64,000 bases of DNA from Paramecium tetraurelia (lineage: Eukaryota), in the NCBI GenBank assembly GCA_000165425.1, contig CT868296.1:310001-374000 (forward strand). The letters are read 5' to 3'. Under the pieces are notes generated by a model. It saw only the letters and a program-made list of their open reading frames with translations. It was not told where the DNA came from and made no database searches. Shown here piece by piece: positions 42,623 through 57,000 of this stretch (positions are counted from its first letter, which is position 1; each line of letters opens with the position of its first letter). Both the position numbers and the translations under genes were made by a program.

Positions 42623-43890
42623 ATGTAATAAATGAATAAAACTGGAACAGGTTTTAAGACACTTAAATTAAGATCATCTCACTCCTTTCGTCCATAGAGT
42701 GCTTATTAAGAATAAATAGTAAGCATAATTCCATTTGAAATGAGTGAACAAGCTTACTCAACCTCTCTTAAGATGGACCTATTAAATATTGAGGATGAAA
42801 TTTCAAAACTGAATAAATTGGGCATTCAATAATCTCGATTGAATTCAAACCATACCCAAAAAATAAAACAATGGATTTCAAATATAAAAATGAATGATAA
42901 ATGTTTGGATCCTCAAAGAGTTATTCAAATTTGCAATTGTTCTGATGCCAATGAGACTTTAGTTAAATTGTACAATATGATATAAAACTTTGACTTCTAC
43001 GTCAATAAAATAACAGAGCTCCAATGTATTCATTACTTATAATACGAATAATGTTTTACTAACTTCTAATCGAATTACTTCTAAAAAATAGCATCTCAAG
43101 GTATATTGCCAAATAGGTTCTTAATGGAGTCTATTGAACTTGGAGAATTATTGAATACTTAGTTTAAAAGAAAGGGGATCTGAATCACTCGAATGGAGAA
43201 AGCATTTTACAATAAAAACTGTATGAATTAAAAGACGAGAACTTAAAACTATTGAGTGACATCAAATAGTTAAAAAGTCAATGTAGAAAGTTGTAAGATT
43301 AACTATAAAATTCAACCACTTTGAGTCAAAGTTAATTGAGTCAGGTTACAGTTGAATTGCCTCCTAATCCTACTTCATATTATAATAAAGTAATTGATGA
43401 AGTCAAAGATAGTTATTAGAATCTCGTCACTATGCTTAGAGATGTAAACATCTTTTGAATAAATAAATAGGAAAATCTATAGCTTGGATTAAGATTAAGC
43501 GAAATGCAATCAAAATATACAAATGCGAGCAATGAAATCATAGAATTAAATAAGAAAGTTGATAGTATGAAGACTCAGAAAGTGAAATTAAATATTTATA
43601 TAATAGGATGACTTGTATAAGAGATTTGTGGCTAAATACAAAACTACAGAGGAGTTTGAATAATCATATGAAGCTGCCTTAAAGGAGGAATACACTTCTA
43701 TGGAAATATCATTCAAACAAAAAATATCATAGTTATAACACAGTATTGATCAAAATAGTAGAGACTATTAAAAGAAATTGGTACAATATGCTTTGAATAT
43801 AATTAGCTTGAGCAGAAATAAGTTATAGATTAATAGACCGATAGAGAAAGAATGTTAATTAAAAAAATGAGTTTATATTAAAAACTTTGA
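42623..43890 (+). CDS. Hypothetical coiled-coil protein
   Basis: Frame MQQMNKTGTGFK... with several tiny introns and C-terminal heptads. Alternative ATG at 42632. Confidence 0.7.
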
Positions 43891-43899
43891 ATTAATATT

Positions 43900-44623
43900 T
43901 CAATAATTATTTTGATAGGTCAACCTCTCTTATTCTTGCTCCACTAAACGTTACTTCTCCTCTTATTTTATCCTCAGATCCTAGATGTTCACACATCCAT
44001 ATTACATCAATTCGTTTCTTAATTTAGTAATCATTCTCAGACTTGGGAACTCTCAAACTCATTAAGGCCAACTATGATTTATTTTAAGTGCACAGTGATG
44101 ATATGGCAATCATGATTTCACAAAAGTACAAAACTGTTTGAATTATTACTAATCCTAATTACATTGGATAATTCAAAGTTGGAATAATATACTGCATCAC
44201 TTAAAGAGCAAGAGATATAATATTTACAATGGTTATTAGCACAAATGAAAATAGTTCTGGGAACTTTAGTTAATTAATAGCTATAATACCTATTCTTTAA
44301 TATTCCCGCTATATCCATTTGATAACCGAAATCCTTCAAGCACAGCCCAAATGAGCAGCAATACTAAATTCAATGTATCCATTAAATTAGATTTGACTAT
44401 CCAAAGCTATAAAAACGATGAAATCATATATTTTTACCCTCTGAATATTAATACCTAAAGTGATATACAAGAATAATAAGGAGAAATATGCATTGAAGTA
44501 CAGTAACTTCTGTAATAATAAACTAGCTGTCAATTAGGATTCTAGGAAGCGAGTTGCTCTTGGACGAGGGTATGAAGTCGATCCGTAAATAATATGTCTT
44601 ATACTTTGTTTATTATTTTACAT
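43900..44623 (-). CDS. TMEM17: TMEM17/TMEM216-family ciliary transition-zone membrane protein
   Basis: ASLLLQKLLYFNAYF and WAVLEGFRLSNGYSGNIKE...PELFSF. About four TM helices. Confidence 0.8.
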
Positions 44624-44632
44624 ATTAAAAAA

Positions 44633-46847
44633 ATGTAATAGGAAGATCTCACGCCGTGGCTAATTTAAATGTTACAACCAGTATATCTATAAATTGAATT
44701 GTTAGTATTCCTCCATCTTTGAGACTATGTACTCGGTTGGATTTAAAATATTTGACACAATTATCTTGAAATAAGGAGAACCTAAATAATGGTTCTACAT
44801 GGATGATAAAGTAATCATAATGCTAAATTTCGAAAGCATTGTATTAAAACACATGATGACGAATGGTTGAAATGGAGAGTTTTTGGGACTTATTGTAGGG
44901 CCAAGAATGTAAATAGACTAAGTGAATTTATATAATCTGACAACTTGGATTAAGTGCAATTGCAGGCTCCATGTAGTTGTGAGGAATTACAAACTACATG
45001 CAAATGCTACATATTCCATTTTGAATAGAAATTAGCATAAGGTAACATCAAATCATTAATTCTAATAGGACGTATTTATAGGGCAGTTTCATAAGAAGTA
45101 GCTAATGAACTTTTTAAAAATCCCAATGAGAAATCAGAAATCATTACGAATTGGACTAAAATTATTGGTTGTGGAGTAACAAAATCACCTAAACATATAT
45201 TTTAAGTAACAGTTTTGAAAGAACAAATTGATGATCAACCTAAATTTAGAGTCAATAGGAAGAGGTTTGCCTAAACTCCCTTATAAAAGGAGGAATTCTC
45301 TAAACAAGAAAATATAGTCAAAAAGCCAGTCTAACTAAAGGAAGAATATGATAAATCTTTGGCAGCATAATAGAATACCAAATGTGAGCATTTTGCTTTT
45401 AGTTTGCTTAGATTCTTGGAAGGGAGACTCTAAAGATCAATCTAACTACTCCAAGTAGAGTTTTTTATGACTGAAGGGGATCTATAAATATATTTGACTG
45501 GCTTAGATAATATTCAATTTCATTCTGATGGAGAACCAGTTGAAATAGCTACCTTATATCCTGTGAAACAATAGGTGCATAACTTTGATAAGTGTGCTGG
45601 ATTGTATTGTCATTATGCGACCAATAATATTTTTTATGATGAATTCGATGAATAATTCTCGTTATTCATAATGGCAGGAGAGAAAGAAACACATAAGAAA
45701 ATTACATATAAATCAATATTCTTGGATATGATTGAGAGATTTAAAACCATTAAAATGTTGGAACCATATCTCAATAAGCCACCGACTGAATAATTGATAT
45801 TCAAATTAAGGATATGTAAATTCTAATTATAATTCATAGATTATTCATTGGGAGATATTACAAATAGTGCTTATTTTAAGCATTTGAAGATTTCCAATTT
45901 CTATAAATAGGAAACTGTTTGTTAGTTTTGTTTTCATGTTTATAATAAAATAGATTCATTGAGAAATCAATATTTAAAAAATAAGAGAACGATACTCAAT
46001 TCATAATAAATTGAAGCAGAAGTCTCCAAATTTATGAGTTAAAGTAATTGAATCATTCATTTTTATAGATTATGCTTAGAAGGAAGCTAAAGTTTAAATG
46101 AGATTTCATAATAAATTCTTTGATAAACTCAAATAATTCGATACAGATTAACTAAAATTCTTTTAGGAATTTACATTGACTAGTGTTCAAGATGACAAAT
46201 ACTTTTTAAAAAGAGGGAAGTTAACGAGATCACTTTAATAACATCAATAGGCTGGATTTTAATTGCCTACTATCATAAAGGTTTAGGTGAATGATAAAGA
46301 TAATATGATAAAGAAGACTAAGTATTTGATTCCGAAAGAGTAAGCTGAATCATTGGGTTTGAAGCATTATTTGGGTCACGCTAAGAATTTACCATTTAGT
46401 GATTAAGGTTTGGCCATTAGTAAAAGTTCACTTGAGCTCAATAAGCTTCAAGATAAGATAAGGGAAATATAGATGATAAAAGAGAGAATGGATTTAGAGA
46501 AAATTAAAAGAGTGAGAGAGGATATCTAAGTGATTATGTGCACATATTATGGGAAAGGAAAGGAAGAGAAGGACCGTTTGATGGATTTTGTCGAGACTCT
46601 CAAGAAAAGAGAAATGTAATTGGAAGCTTTGGAGGATACATCTGAATAGATAAGATCTCCTGCAATCCAAATTGTAACTGACAAGAATGACTTTTTATCC
46701 GAAAATTAAAGGAAGATCAAATAAGACAAGGAGAAAAAAGAATAAGAGATATTGTAGACCAAGAAAGACTTTTTAGAAGTAAATAGCGATCTAGCCTTTT
46801 CTGTATTTAGAAGAGATTATGTATCTGAACGCAATAGTGAATATTGA
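44633..46847 (+). CDS. Hypothetical protein with Cys clusters
   Basis: Spliced frame MQQEDLTPWL..., with CAGLYC and VCQFCFHVY motifs and a charged C-terminus. TGA at 46845. Confidence 0.7.
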
Positions 46848-46870
46848 TTTTATATTTTAATTTTTTGTAA

Positions 46871-47920
46871 ATGGCTTCCCATCTGATTCGGTATGTATTA
46901 GTAATTCTATTCATAGTAAAGATTATGAAACTGGCAAGTTCTTTCTCATCAACAATGTGAATGGTGCAACAAAAGAGATTACTAAAACAGGGGATTTCGT
47001 TAAAAAATTTAGCTTGGATTATACAGGCAAGCTCGGATTCAAAAATAGAATTGAATAGCCAGATCCATGTCATTATCCATGCAGCATCGAATCATTAACT
47101 TAGTTTCCTCCATTCTACATACCTTAGCCAGACAAATTTGATGGTTATGCTCAATTACCTCGTACTTTGCAAAAGCCTTTTTATAATAATAATATGAGAT
47201 AGAGATCCGATGCTACTATAGAGAGTGCAATGGAATTAGTGAAATAACAATCCTTTAATAATAAATATCAAATAGAAAAACCAATTAAACATATAACAGG
47301 GACTCTCAATGATTTTAATTTTGTGTAAAATTTGAAGAAAATTAAAGTACTTGAGCATCGAAAAAGTACAAAACAGCGAAACTTTACCAATCATATCAAC
47401 TGTGTCAAAGTGATAAATAAAGAAGAAATTCAAGCACCAAATCTCACTCTACTTCGAAGGAGCAGAATCAAATCACAACTATTACCCAAAACTATCCCTT
47501 TCGGCAGCAGTAACTCAAGAGAACCCTCTGAAATTAGATATATTGTACCCATGGAAGAAAAAGAAATTAAAAGTGTTCATCAATTCCAATAATATTAATC
47601 CGAACACAAGGAAAGTGAACTAATGTATGAGTCTAGAACATTTATTAAATCTCAAAGCCAATCTAAAGTGACACGAAATGACTTGCATTCTTCTCATCTT
47701 ACATTAAACCACTTTAGAGAAAAAGTGGATATTGCTTAGAAGGAAGAAAACGCATATATTATTCCATAATAAAAGGAAAAACTCTCCATTTCCTCAAAAG
47801 GAAGGTTCAGTGCCATTAAAACTAAAAGCAATGGCGATTAATATGTCACAGATCGAATAATTATGAAACTATGTATTATTGTTAAATATATTATTAGTTT
47901 AGCCAGACCTATTTAAATGA
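46871..47920 (+). CDS. Hypothetical protein
   Basis: MASHLIR|KDYETGKFF...FDGYAQLPR. Two tiny introns, TGA at 47918. Confidence 0.7.
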
Positions 47921-47937
47921 TATTAATATATATTTAA

Positions 47938-48290
47938 TCATTAATCATCTTCTCCTTATTTTTTAGGTCCTTAAATAACAATCAATAGAAGGTCTTTGTC
48001 AGGTGCAATAAGGATCTCATTTTACTTTGACTTTATCCGTAAAAATGCTAAATCATTTGTTGGGTCCAAGTCACGCACCAGTGATCTAGCTTTTTAAGCC
48101 AAAATAGGTATTGATTTGGCTATAGTGTCACCTTATTTTACAATCAAAAATAACAGTTACCTTCTTCCTTTTTCTCATTTAGATAGGTTGTCCTGGTAAT
48201 TGTCCCTTCATGATTTACAATCACTATGCCTTAAACTGATTTATGATTTTTAATTCTGTTTATAGTGTCCTCAATATCTACGTCTGACAT
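47938..48290 (-). CDS. DYNLRB: Dynein light chain roadblock/LC7
   Basis: IEDTINRIKNHKSVQGIVIVNHEG...[32 protein letters not shown]. One intron. Confidence 0.95.
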
Positions 48291-48640
48291 TTTTATATTG
48301 ATATTTATATTCTTAATATTAATTAAATAAATCAAATTTGTTATGATATTTATGATTTCTCAAGAATAATTAGTTTGATTGATTGAAATTAGTATTTTTG
48401 TGATTCTTATTTTGGAAGGATCAAACATTTGATGATGATAATTATTGTCTTAACTAAATTGGTAGTGATATTAAAAAAAATTATATACTTCTGTAGGGAT
48501 ATAAGATAGCTTTGTACAATTGGCAAGACTATAATAATATTCTTATAGTCAATTCCTTTTTACATTTATGATTAAGTTCAAAAAATGATTAATATATGTA
48601 GTATTTTTCAATTAGTAATAAAATAATAATATCAAATTCA

Positions 48641-51600
48641 TCATTTTCTAGTTCTCTACTTCATATTAAACATAAACTCTAATTTAATAATTTTAACATG
48701 AATATCTAATCTAAAGAATAATTTCCTTAAAATTATATCTTATTATCGTTTTTTTAATTTGATGGTTTCATCATTTACACTTTTTGAAGATGAAGCATTT
48801 TTAGTTTATTTTGAAACCTTCATAGGAGATACTTCTGTCTTTTTAGTAGTTGGTCCCACACTGTTAGTTCTTAGAGAAGGGGGTATTTAAGAGGAAGATG
48901 AAACCCTAATTAATTGAGGTTCCTTAAGAAGTTTCTGTTGAGATTGCTAATTGATATTTAGAACATCAAAAACTTAAGCAACTGGAGTATTCTTTGTAGA
49001 ATCCTCTATCAATGTTTGATTAATGTGATACATGGCATTACTTAAATCCAAGGCTTCAAAATTGTTTATTTAAGGGGTTTAATTCTAGGCATCAGGAACT
49101 ACTATTTATGTTTCAATCTACAATTATTTAAATCTAGTAGTGTCAACGCTTGAACCTCTAGCAGTGCTATTTCTCCTGCTTCTTAAAGGAGTGAATATTT
49201 TTTCTGGCCTAACTGCATTACAATTCAAAGTTTGAATTCTTGTTTGTGATGATGTGTATTTTCTATCAGCTTTGTTAGCTGAGATTTTAATATCAAAATT
49301 AGGTTGTTTGACATCTGCATTTTAGCTAATCTTAGTCAAATTTTTCTATTCACTTGACTGAAGTGTGTGATTTTTGTTTGATGAAATATTATTTTCTTTT
49401 ACTGGAGATTTCTTTTTTATAGGAGAATGTTTATGTTACACAGTTTAGAGATTTTAATCTACTTTAACTACTTGCATTACTCTTTCTTAAACCTCCACTT
49501 ATGAAATATCCTCAGAAAATGTAACTAGTGTTTTATGCAATTTAATATTAGTTTTATTTGGAGATTATTTTTTTTCTATTATTTATTCATTCTTTTCTTT
49601 AAGAATATGTTTTATTTCTGTTAAATTCTCATCTAATTATCCATCTGAATCTGATATTATATCAATTTTCTTAATTCTATTTTCTTAGTCTTGTTTTTTG
49701 AACAAATTGATTCTATGAGGACTTCTTTTTTTTGGCTCGATTTGGATTTGATCAAAAATTGATAAGATATTTTAAATCTTTTTACTTTCTTATTGCTTCT
49801 TTTCTGTTTGTAAAATCTACATAAAGCTATCATGTTATTAATCTATAAAGCCGCTGTTATTTTGATAATCAATAGCTGATTATTATTCCATTACTTCTAC
49901 AGTATTCTTTTATTTTTAGCATTATTCAGGCTTTAAAAAGGACTTTATTATTTTAGTTTGTTTAATCTCCATTTGAGATGATTATTCAGTTGAATTAGTT
50001 TATGGAATTTCTTCAGAGGTCTCGTCTTTTTAGGTTTATGACTTGAGAACTTAATCTATTGACTTCTCTGGTTTTAACTACAATTTACTAAAAAATGTAT
50101 TCAATGAAGATTATATCGGAGGTAATTGTAATTCTGCTGCAGAAGCTTAGACTAATTATACTGAATTTTCTAAAGATAATGAAGGAGATTGAAAGTCTTT
50201 GGAATAACATTATTGTTTTACAGATTCCTATTTTTTTAATCCTTATTAAGTTGCAGGCATACTATTAAAGATATCTTAAATTAATAGTGCTTATCTTTTC
50301 AATTAAACTTTATCTTTCTCATCTTCCTCTTAACAAACGCTTTATTCAACTGAATTTTCTTCATCTAATGTATACAAGCTATTATTTTATGTTTTAAATT
50401 TTGGTTGCTCATAAATTTCTCTGATTGATTATAATTTTTAGCTTATTGTATTTTATTAGACAATAATCGATTCTTGATTGATTTGCTTAGTTGTTCTAAG
50501 ATCTTCTGTTTCTTTTGAATGATCAATTGATTACTCTATGATCTACTCATAACTTTATTTCAAAATTTAATCGAATTATTTTTTGTATTATTCTAATAAT
50601 TTTGAAGATTGTTTTGTTTCTTCTTAACATTATTTTGGCATGTTCATAGAATTTAATTATTTTAATTATTAGTTTTCTTCATCCTTTTATTATTATTCTA
50701 ATTTTTATTTCAATTCTAGTTTTTACTATTATAATTGTTAGTATTTTTATTGTTCCTCTAATTTTTATTATTATAATTTCAATTATTATTCTTATTCCTA
50801 CTTCTATTGTTATTCTAATTTTTATTGCTATTCTTATTCTTATTTCTATTTTTAATTTGATGATTCTATTTTATTTTCATTTAATTATTACTATTCTGCA
50901 TTTTTATTTCTCTAATTTTCTTATAACCCTAACTGTTATTTTTACTATTGTTATTATTATTCAAATTATATTTCAGAATTCTATTATTGCTAGTATGGTA
51001 GTTCTAATTCTTGTGCTTAATGTTGTTAATTAATTTATTTTTGTTGGGATTAAGTGTCTAAAGGCGATGTTTTATCATTTAAATTTAATTTTGAAATTTC
51101 TAAGGGTGCAAAGATTTCAGATTTCTTTTGTTAACTTGTTTTGAAGTTGAAATTTGGATTAATTTGTAATTCTTTATCTTTTTCTACTTATTATTTAACT
51201 ACATTATCTTATTTATTAGATTTTTCAAATAAAGCATCAAGAATATTATTACTTTATTATCTATATCTTTATTCTTTTGATTATATAGTAGGATCATCCA
51301 CTTTCTCAATCCTGTCGGTTTATCGATTGCTAGTTTCTGATCTTTCTGTTCTTTCTCCTCTGAGATATTTGTTTTATCTAACCTCTTAAGTTTTCTTTTT
51401 AGAAGGTGGATCCCATTAATCAAATAATTGTTATTTTAAGTTTTAGACTGTGCTTCTACAAAAAGTTCTTTCAATAGCTGAAATAGATTATTCATTCTAA
51501 TTTTGTTTGGAGATTGATTAAATAGAAGCACAACAGAATTAAGAGAATTAATCTGCAAATATAAATTTGACCTCCTAAAATTCTTTCTTTTTACAATTAA

Positions 51601-52420
51601 TTTGTATTTCATGCCCATAATTCATTTTCTTAAACAAGGTCTAATTTACAAAAAATTAATGATTTTAAAAATCTTCTAGATTCCATTACAGAATGTATTT
51701 TCCTTATATTCCAAACACAAATCTACTGCTAGCTTAAATATCCTCTAGATTTGATGTTTTTAGTTTAATCATTTTAGTATTATAGCAATAGGCATCGCCA
51801 TTTTCAGTAATAGCAATACCACCAAACTAGAATAACAATGATTTCTTAAAATATCCATTAACTCCCAAGCCATTCAACTACTAAATAGGAATTTGACTGC
51901 CATTCTCAATGTTAAAGATCTTTCCACCAACTTAATTAATGAGTTAAAATTATACTTGTTATCAATGTCATTTTGTCTTGATAGGCACTGATATGTTTAC
52001 AATGAGAATAGATAGGTTTATTATTTTTCCAAAAAAATCCTCTACCAGAATGATCAATAGCAGTTGTTGGAGTAATGTTCATATAATTCTTTCCAGATAC
52101 TAGCAATTTTGGTTATTAGTCAATTTAATAGAGGTCACCATTACCTTAAAAAATGAGATAATTTTATACTCTGCAAACAAAACAAAGTTTTACTATCAGA
52201 ACATATCTGTGACACGTTTGATAAGACATTTAGAGCCTCAGACTCATTATATGATTCAATTTGATTGTCAGTAACTACAAGTCTTTTCAATGTGCAATTT
52301 TCAATGTAATATAGAGAGACTCCCAACTTGATTGCCTAAGTAAATCTAAATCTAAGTGATTAGATATTCTAAAGTATTCATTAATAAGCATACATCCAAC
52401 TAATCGAATATAACAGACAT
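48641..52420 (-). CDS. Large hypothetical protein: degenerate RCC1/beta-propeller-like N-terminus, Q/E/K-rich coiled coil, low-complexity tail
   Basis: Continuous spliced frame with GDLYQ and IAITENGDAY motifs. Ends in a tandem TGA TGA. Confidence 0.7.
50640..51020. repeat. Degenerate (TTA/CTA/TTC/TTT)n coding repeat encoding a Q/E/K-rich tract on the minus strand
   Basis: Direct reading; lies inside the 48641-52420 gene. Confidence 0.7.
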
Positions 52421-52448
52421 ATTTTATATACGTTAATATTATAATTTA

Positions 52449-53800
52449 TCAAACCAATAAATCAAACAACTCCTTTGAATCATTTACAACTTCATATTTA
52501 TAAATGCATTTTCGTCATGTTCTCCATAACCTTTTTGATGTTCTCCTTTTTAGCTACTTCTATAGCCACTAAACATGGTCCCCTTTCCCTATTTTACTTT
52601 TTCTAAAATTGGATATGACTAATTTCATCATCTGGTCCCAAACATCTAATACTAGTATTAAAAGTTACAAACTAACAAAACTCTTGAGAATGCCAGGTCT
52701 GAATGGAATTTGAATCAAAAAGAAGTATTTCAATCCTTCAAACAATAAAGAATGCTCCTTAAATTCATCAAATCTTGAAAGATCTACTGTTCCTCCTGAA
52801 ATTAAACAGACTACATTTTTATCTTTTATTTATGATGCATATTAATCCAGAACTGAGACTGCCAATGCCTAAAAGATATATACAATAATGTTACTCCTGC
52901 TGGTTCCACTGCTATACCCTAATTATACAATTCAAGGATTGTTGAACTCACTTTTCCTTCAGGTACTACTACCAAATCATCTAGACTACGTTAACAAATA
53001 TCAAATGTAATTTTAGGAACTGTTTTTACAGCAGATCCATCACAGAATCTAGACATTGTTTCTATTGTCACAACTTCTTATGCATCAAATGATGCCTTCA
53101 TAGATGCTGCTCCATCAGGTTGAACCCCAATAATTTTGGTATTTGGAGACATTGCCTTGAAGTAGGTTGCTATTCCAGCTGCCAATGCTCCTGCTCCAAC
53201 TGGCACAAAAACGTAATCAACTTCTCCAGGAAAATCTTCTATTATTTCTATGCTCTTTATAATCAATACAATTTATTATACAATTGTTGCATTCCCTATG
53301 ATAGCTTTAACATTATCACAGGGATGTATCATTATCCTATCGTGTTATTTTATATATTCTTAAGCTGCTGCTTCAGCTTCATCAAATGATTCTCCAACAC
53401 TTCTTATCTCAACATAATCCTTTCCATACTTCTAAATTATATCTATCTTCCATTGAAAACACACTTCAGGCAGAAAAACAGTTCCTAACATTATCATCAT
53501 TGATGTACCTTTTATTTTGAAATGATTGCAAAAGAAAGCAAATGCCTCTGCAAAATTACCATCACTAACAGTAACTAAGCCTTTTGCTCTTTGTTCTTAA
53601 GTTAAACTGATAAAAGAGTTGAATGCACCTCTCATCTTAAATACTCTGATTTATTGTTGATCCTCCCTCTTCAGATGAATATTACAATGGTATTTCTCTG
53701 ACAATCTCAGAGATTTCTACAACTTAGTTCTAAAATTTAAGGAGCTGTCCTTTTAAAGACGATGCGCCTAAGTTATCATTGGAATTGTTATGGATGACAT
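52449..53800 (-). CDS. ilvA: Threonine dehydratase-like protein, bacterial short form with a single ACT domain
   Basis: [19 protein letters not shown] (PLP lysine), [24 protein letters not shown] and ISGG. C-terminal [16 protein letters not shown]...LGPDDEI...GPCLVAIE...LFDLLV. About four tiny introns. Confidence 0.9.
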
Positions 53801-54471
53801 TTAAGATATATTATTTAATTAATTTCTCAAGTGATAACCAAAATAATAATTTTATTTGACTATTCTACATTCTTTTAAGATATACTAAATTACCACACTT
53901 TTTTTATTGGGATATATTATAACTTATAGAATCTTAATCAATCTACATTATTTGAATTATTTTTTATAAAATCGTAATAGGAATCATTTAATCTTTATAA
54001 ATTAATTTGCTAGTATATAATCAAGATAACCACTTAAAACTCTTTTATGTTACTAACCTTTACATTTAATAAATCTTTTATTTTCATACATTTTGAGATA
54101 TTAAACATTCCATCAATATAATTTTATAAATATTATTATAATAATTTTATATATACTTTATAACAAATTATCATCAACTTCAATTAAATTAATAATTCAA
54201 TATTTATATTTTATTTATCTGTCAACTAATTATTTTATATTAAGAGAACTGCAAACTGCAATTTAATTGATTATTATATACTGGCTGCTATCTAAAATCA
54301 TTCTCATATTACTATATATGTGATTTGTTTATAGATTTGTGAATAAGATAATTATTTAAAGAGATAATAACCATTGAAAGTGATTAAATCAAGTGTTTTT
54401 ATTATCTGAGGAATACTTTAATATATAGTTAATTTAAGTATTTATAAAATTGATAAAAAGGTAATATTAAA

Positions 54472-55478
54472 TCACTGTTTATTCTTTAAAAATAGTTCTA
54501 TCTCTTCTTCTGTCAACCATCTCTACCTAGTTCCATTCTTCCAAATACCATATCTCTTTATGCCATTTCCTAAATGATATATGCCAATTCCTTATTAAGA
54601 ACCATCAATCCACTACCCTTCATATTTCCTACCATCAGCCCATTCAAACACACCAGGTCCGTGCTTGAGATCATTTACGTATTCCTCTCATAAGTGTGAC
54701 TGCTTATACCCCTTCAAATTTTCTGCCATCATTCCACATCAATCTCCCATGTCCATTCATCTTATTATTTTTCCATTCTCCAATATATATTCTATGATCT
54801 GGCCATTCATAAGTTCCATATCCATCAATTTCATTATCTTAAAAATTGCCTTCATATTTTGACCCATCTGCAAAATATAAGATTCCTTATCCATTTTTTT
54901 TCCCACTTGCATAAGTTCCTTCATACTTTGAGCCATCAGGCCAAACTTCAACACCTTAACCGTGCTATTGTGCATCCACCCACTATTTAAATCAAAATAC
55001 AAAATACATCTCCTTCATATCTGGCTCCATTTACATGTGTATAAACACCTTTTCCATTTGCTTTATCATTACTGAATTCTCCTTCATAAATATCTCCATC
55101 TGCATGAATTAATTTACCAATTCCAGAACTCTTATCATCCTTCCATTCCCCCTCATAACAAGAGCCATCAGACCAAACTACCCTTCCAATTCCATCGCGC
55201 TTGCCCAACAACCATTCCCCTTCATATAGAGTATCTTTATCAATTTAAACAGCTGGAAACTTAGTGCGAACATTGCAATACAATTGGTTTCCTTCCCTTT
55301 TACTTTATTCAAGGTCTATTTTAAATTTATCCCTTTCCCTCTATTGATTGGTTGTCTTTATCGAAACAATTGAATTAACAACATCACTATTATCATCCAT
55401 TTCAAAATCACTTTTATAATTTTCTTTGACTACAATCTCTCCTTCTTTATTGCAACATGTTGCCTAACAATTTCCCAT
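54472..55478 (-). CDS. MORN repeat protein, likely N-acylated
   Basis: Starts MGNCQATCC; tandem YEGEW/GKG...DG repeats. One intron near 54985-55010. Confidence 0.9.
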
Positions 55479-55649
55479 TAAAATAATATTAATTGATAAT
55501 AATTTTCATTTAGATCAATAATATTCTTGAAGATTTCCAAAAACAATTAAAAATCAAAATATTGTTTACTTTTTTTTTATGTTCCTATTTAGAATTTACA
55601 GATTTAAATTATTAATTATAAGTTAGTGCATGCCTTCAACTCTAAATTA

Positions 55650-57000
55650 ATAATTAAATTTTTTTTACACTTTACATTACGATTAAATCCCGAATTTGCC
55701 TCTTTATCTTTTCTACTAATAATTGTAGTGAAATTATTCTATTTCTTTTATTTAATACGTATTTCTTGAATATCTTTTTCTCTAATCTTTGTTTTATGGA
55801 CTTCTATCATTCTTATCATCTTTTTCTTCTTTGATTTCAAACAAAAAATCATCCATTCTCCACTACTTTGATATAAGAAAATCTATTATCTTAGCCTTAG
55901 TTCAAAAATTGAATTTTAAACATTTTCATTGAATCTTTAGAATGTAATTATTACTCTTAAATTTTAATAAAAATGAATAATTGGCACTCTTCTGAAATGA
56001 ATTCTTCTCCTTCTTCATTTTTATTTCTTAAAACTAAATTTAAAAAATATTTAACAATCTAATTGTAATACTTAATAATATCTCAAAAATCTTCTAAATA
56101 AATTCTTTATGTTTAATATCAAAATTTGTCGTAAGCTTATAAACCCCCCAATTCAGATTACACATCCAACAACTCTATTAATAATACTAGATGATGTGAT
56201 ATGAATTGTTAAAATATTATATTCCTATTTTAATTATTTTTACTTAGTAAGATTATAAAATGTATGAATCTTAACTCTAGTTACATATTAGATTTATTCA
56301 ATTCCTATCTTGTTCATAGATTAATTTGCTGTTTTAGCAGAATCATATTGTATAAATGTAATAATAATATTTAAGTCTATCTTTTTATTATTATAGTCTT
56401 AATTTTATAGGAGCTATATTGAAGTCCTTTTTATCAATTTATAAACTACATTAAATCATCCCTTTACTGTTTAGGTCTTATGAAATATTTAAATAAATAT
56501 AAATAATTGTGTTTGAACATTTGTCTAGGATTGAATCAATTTTCTTTGACCAATTTTATTTTCCATATTTGCTAAAAGATATTTATACTATCAATATCAA
56601 AGAAGCTGTTGGAACAAAGGATGAAACAGGACAAATAAATTTTTTTGCCTTTATTTATCACAATCATAATTATATAACGTCTATTTCTTATAAGATAATA
56701 GTAGAGTTCTTATATTCTATTTCCTCGTCTTGTTAGTTGTCTACTCTTAATTATATTGACATATATTTCTTCAAAAATTATTTACTTCATACTTTGAATT
56801 TCTCAGTTTTCTTTAGAATATTCTAAATCAAATAATTTATTTTCAATTTCTTCATCTTTTTAAATATTAACTATTTGGTCTCCCATTGATTTCCTCTTTA
56901 AATTGTGAATCCTATTCTCATTCCTTTAATAAATGTAAAATTAAGGCTTAGGTAGAAAATTTTGGGGCTTTGAGAATGACACAAAAATTATTTTGTTTAA
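55650..57000 (-). pseudogene. Probable decayed gene
   Basis: Protein-like fragments in shifting frames with internal TGAs (e.g. YSKEN*EIQSM). Confidence 0.3.
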
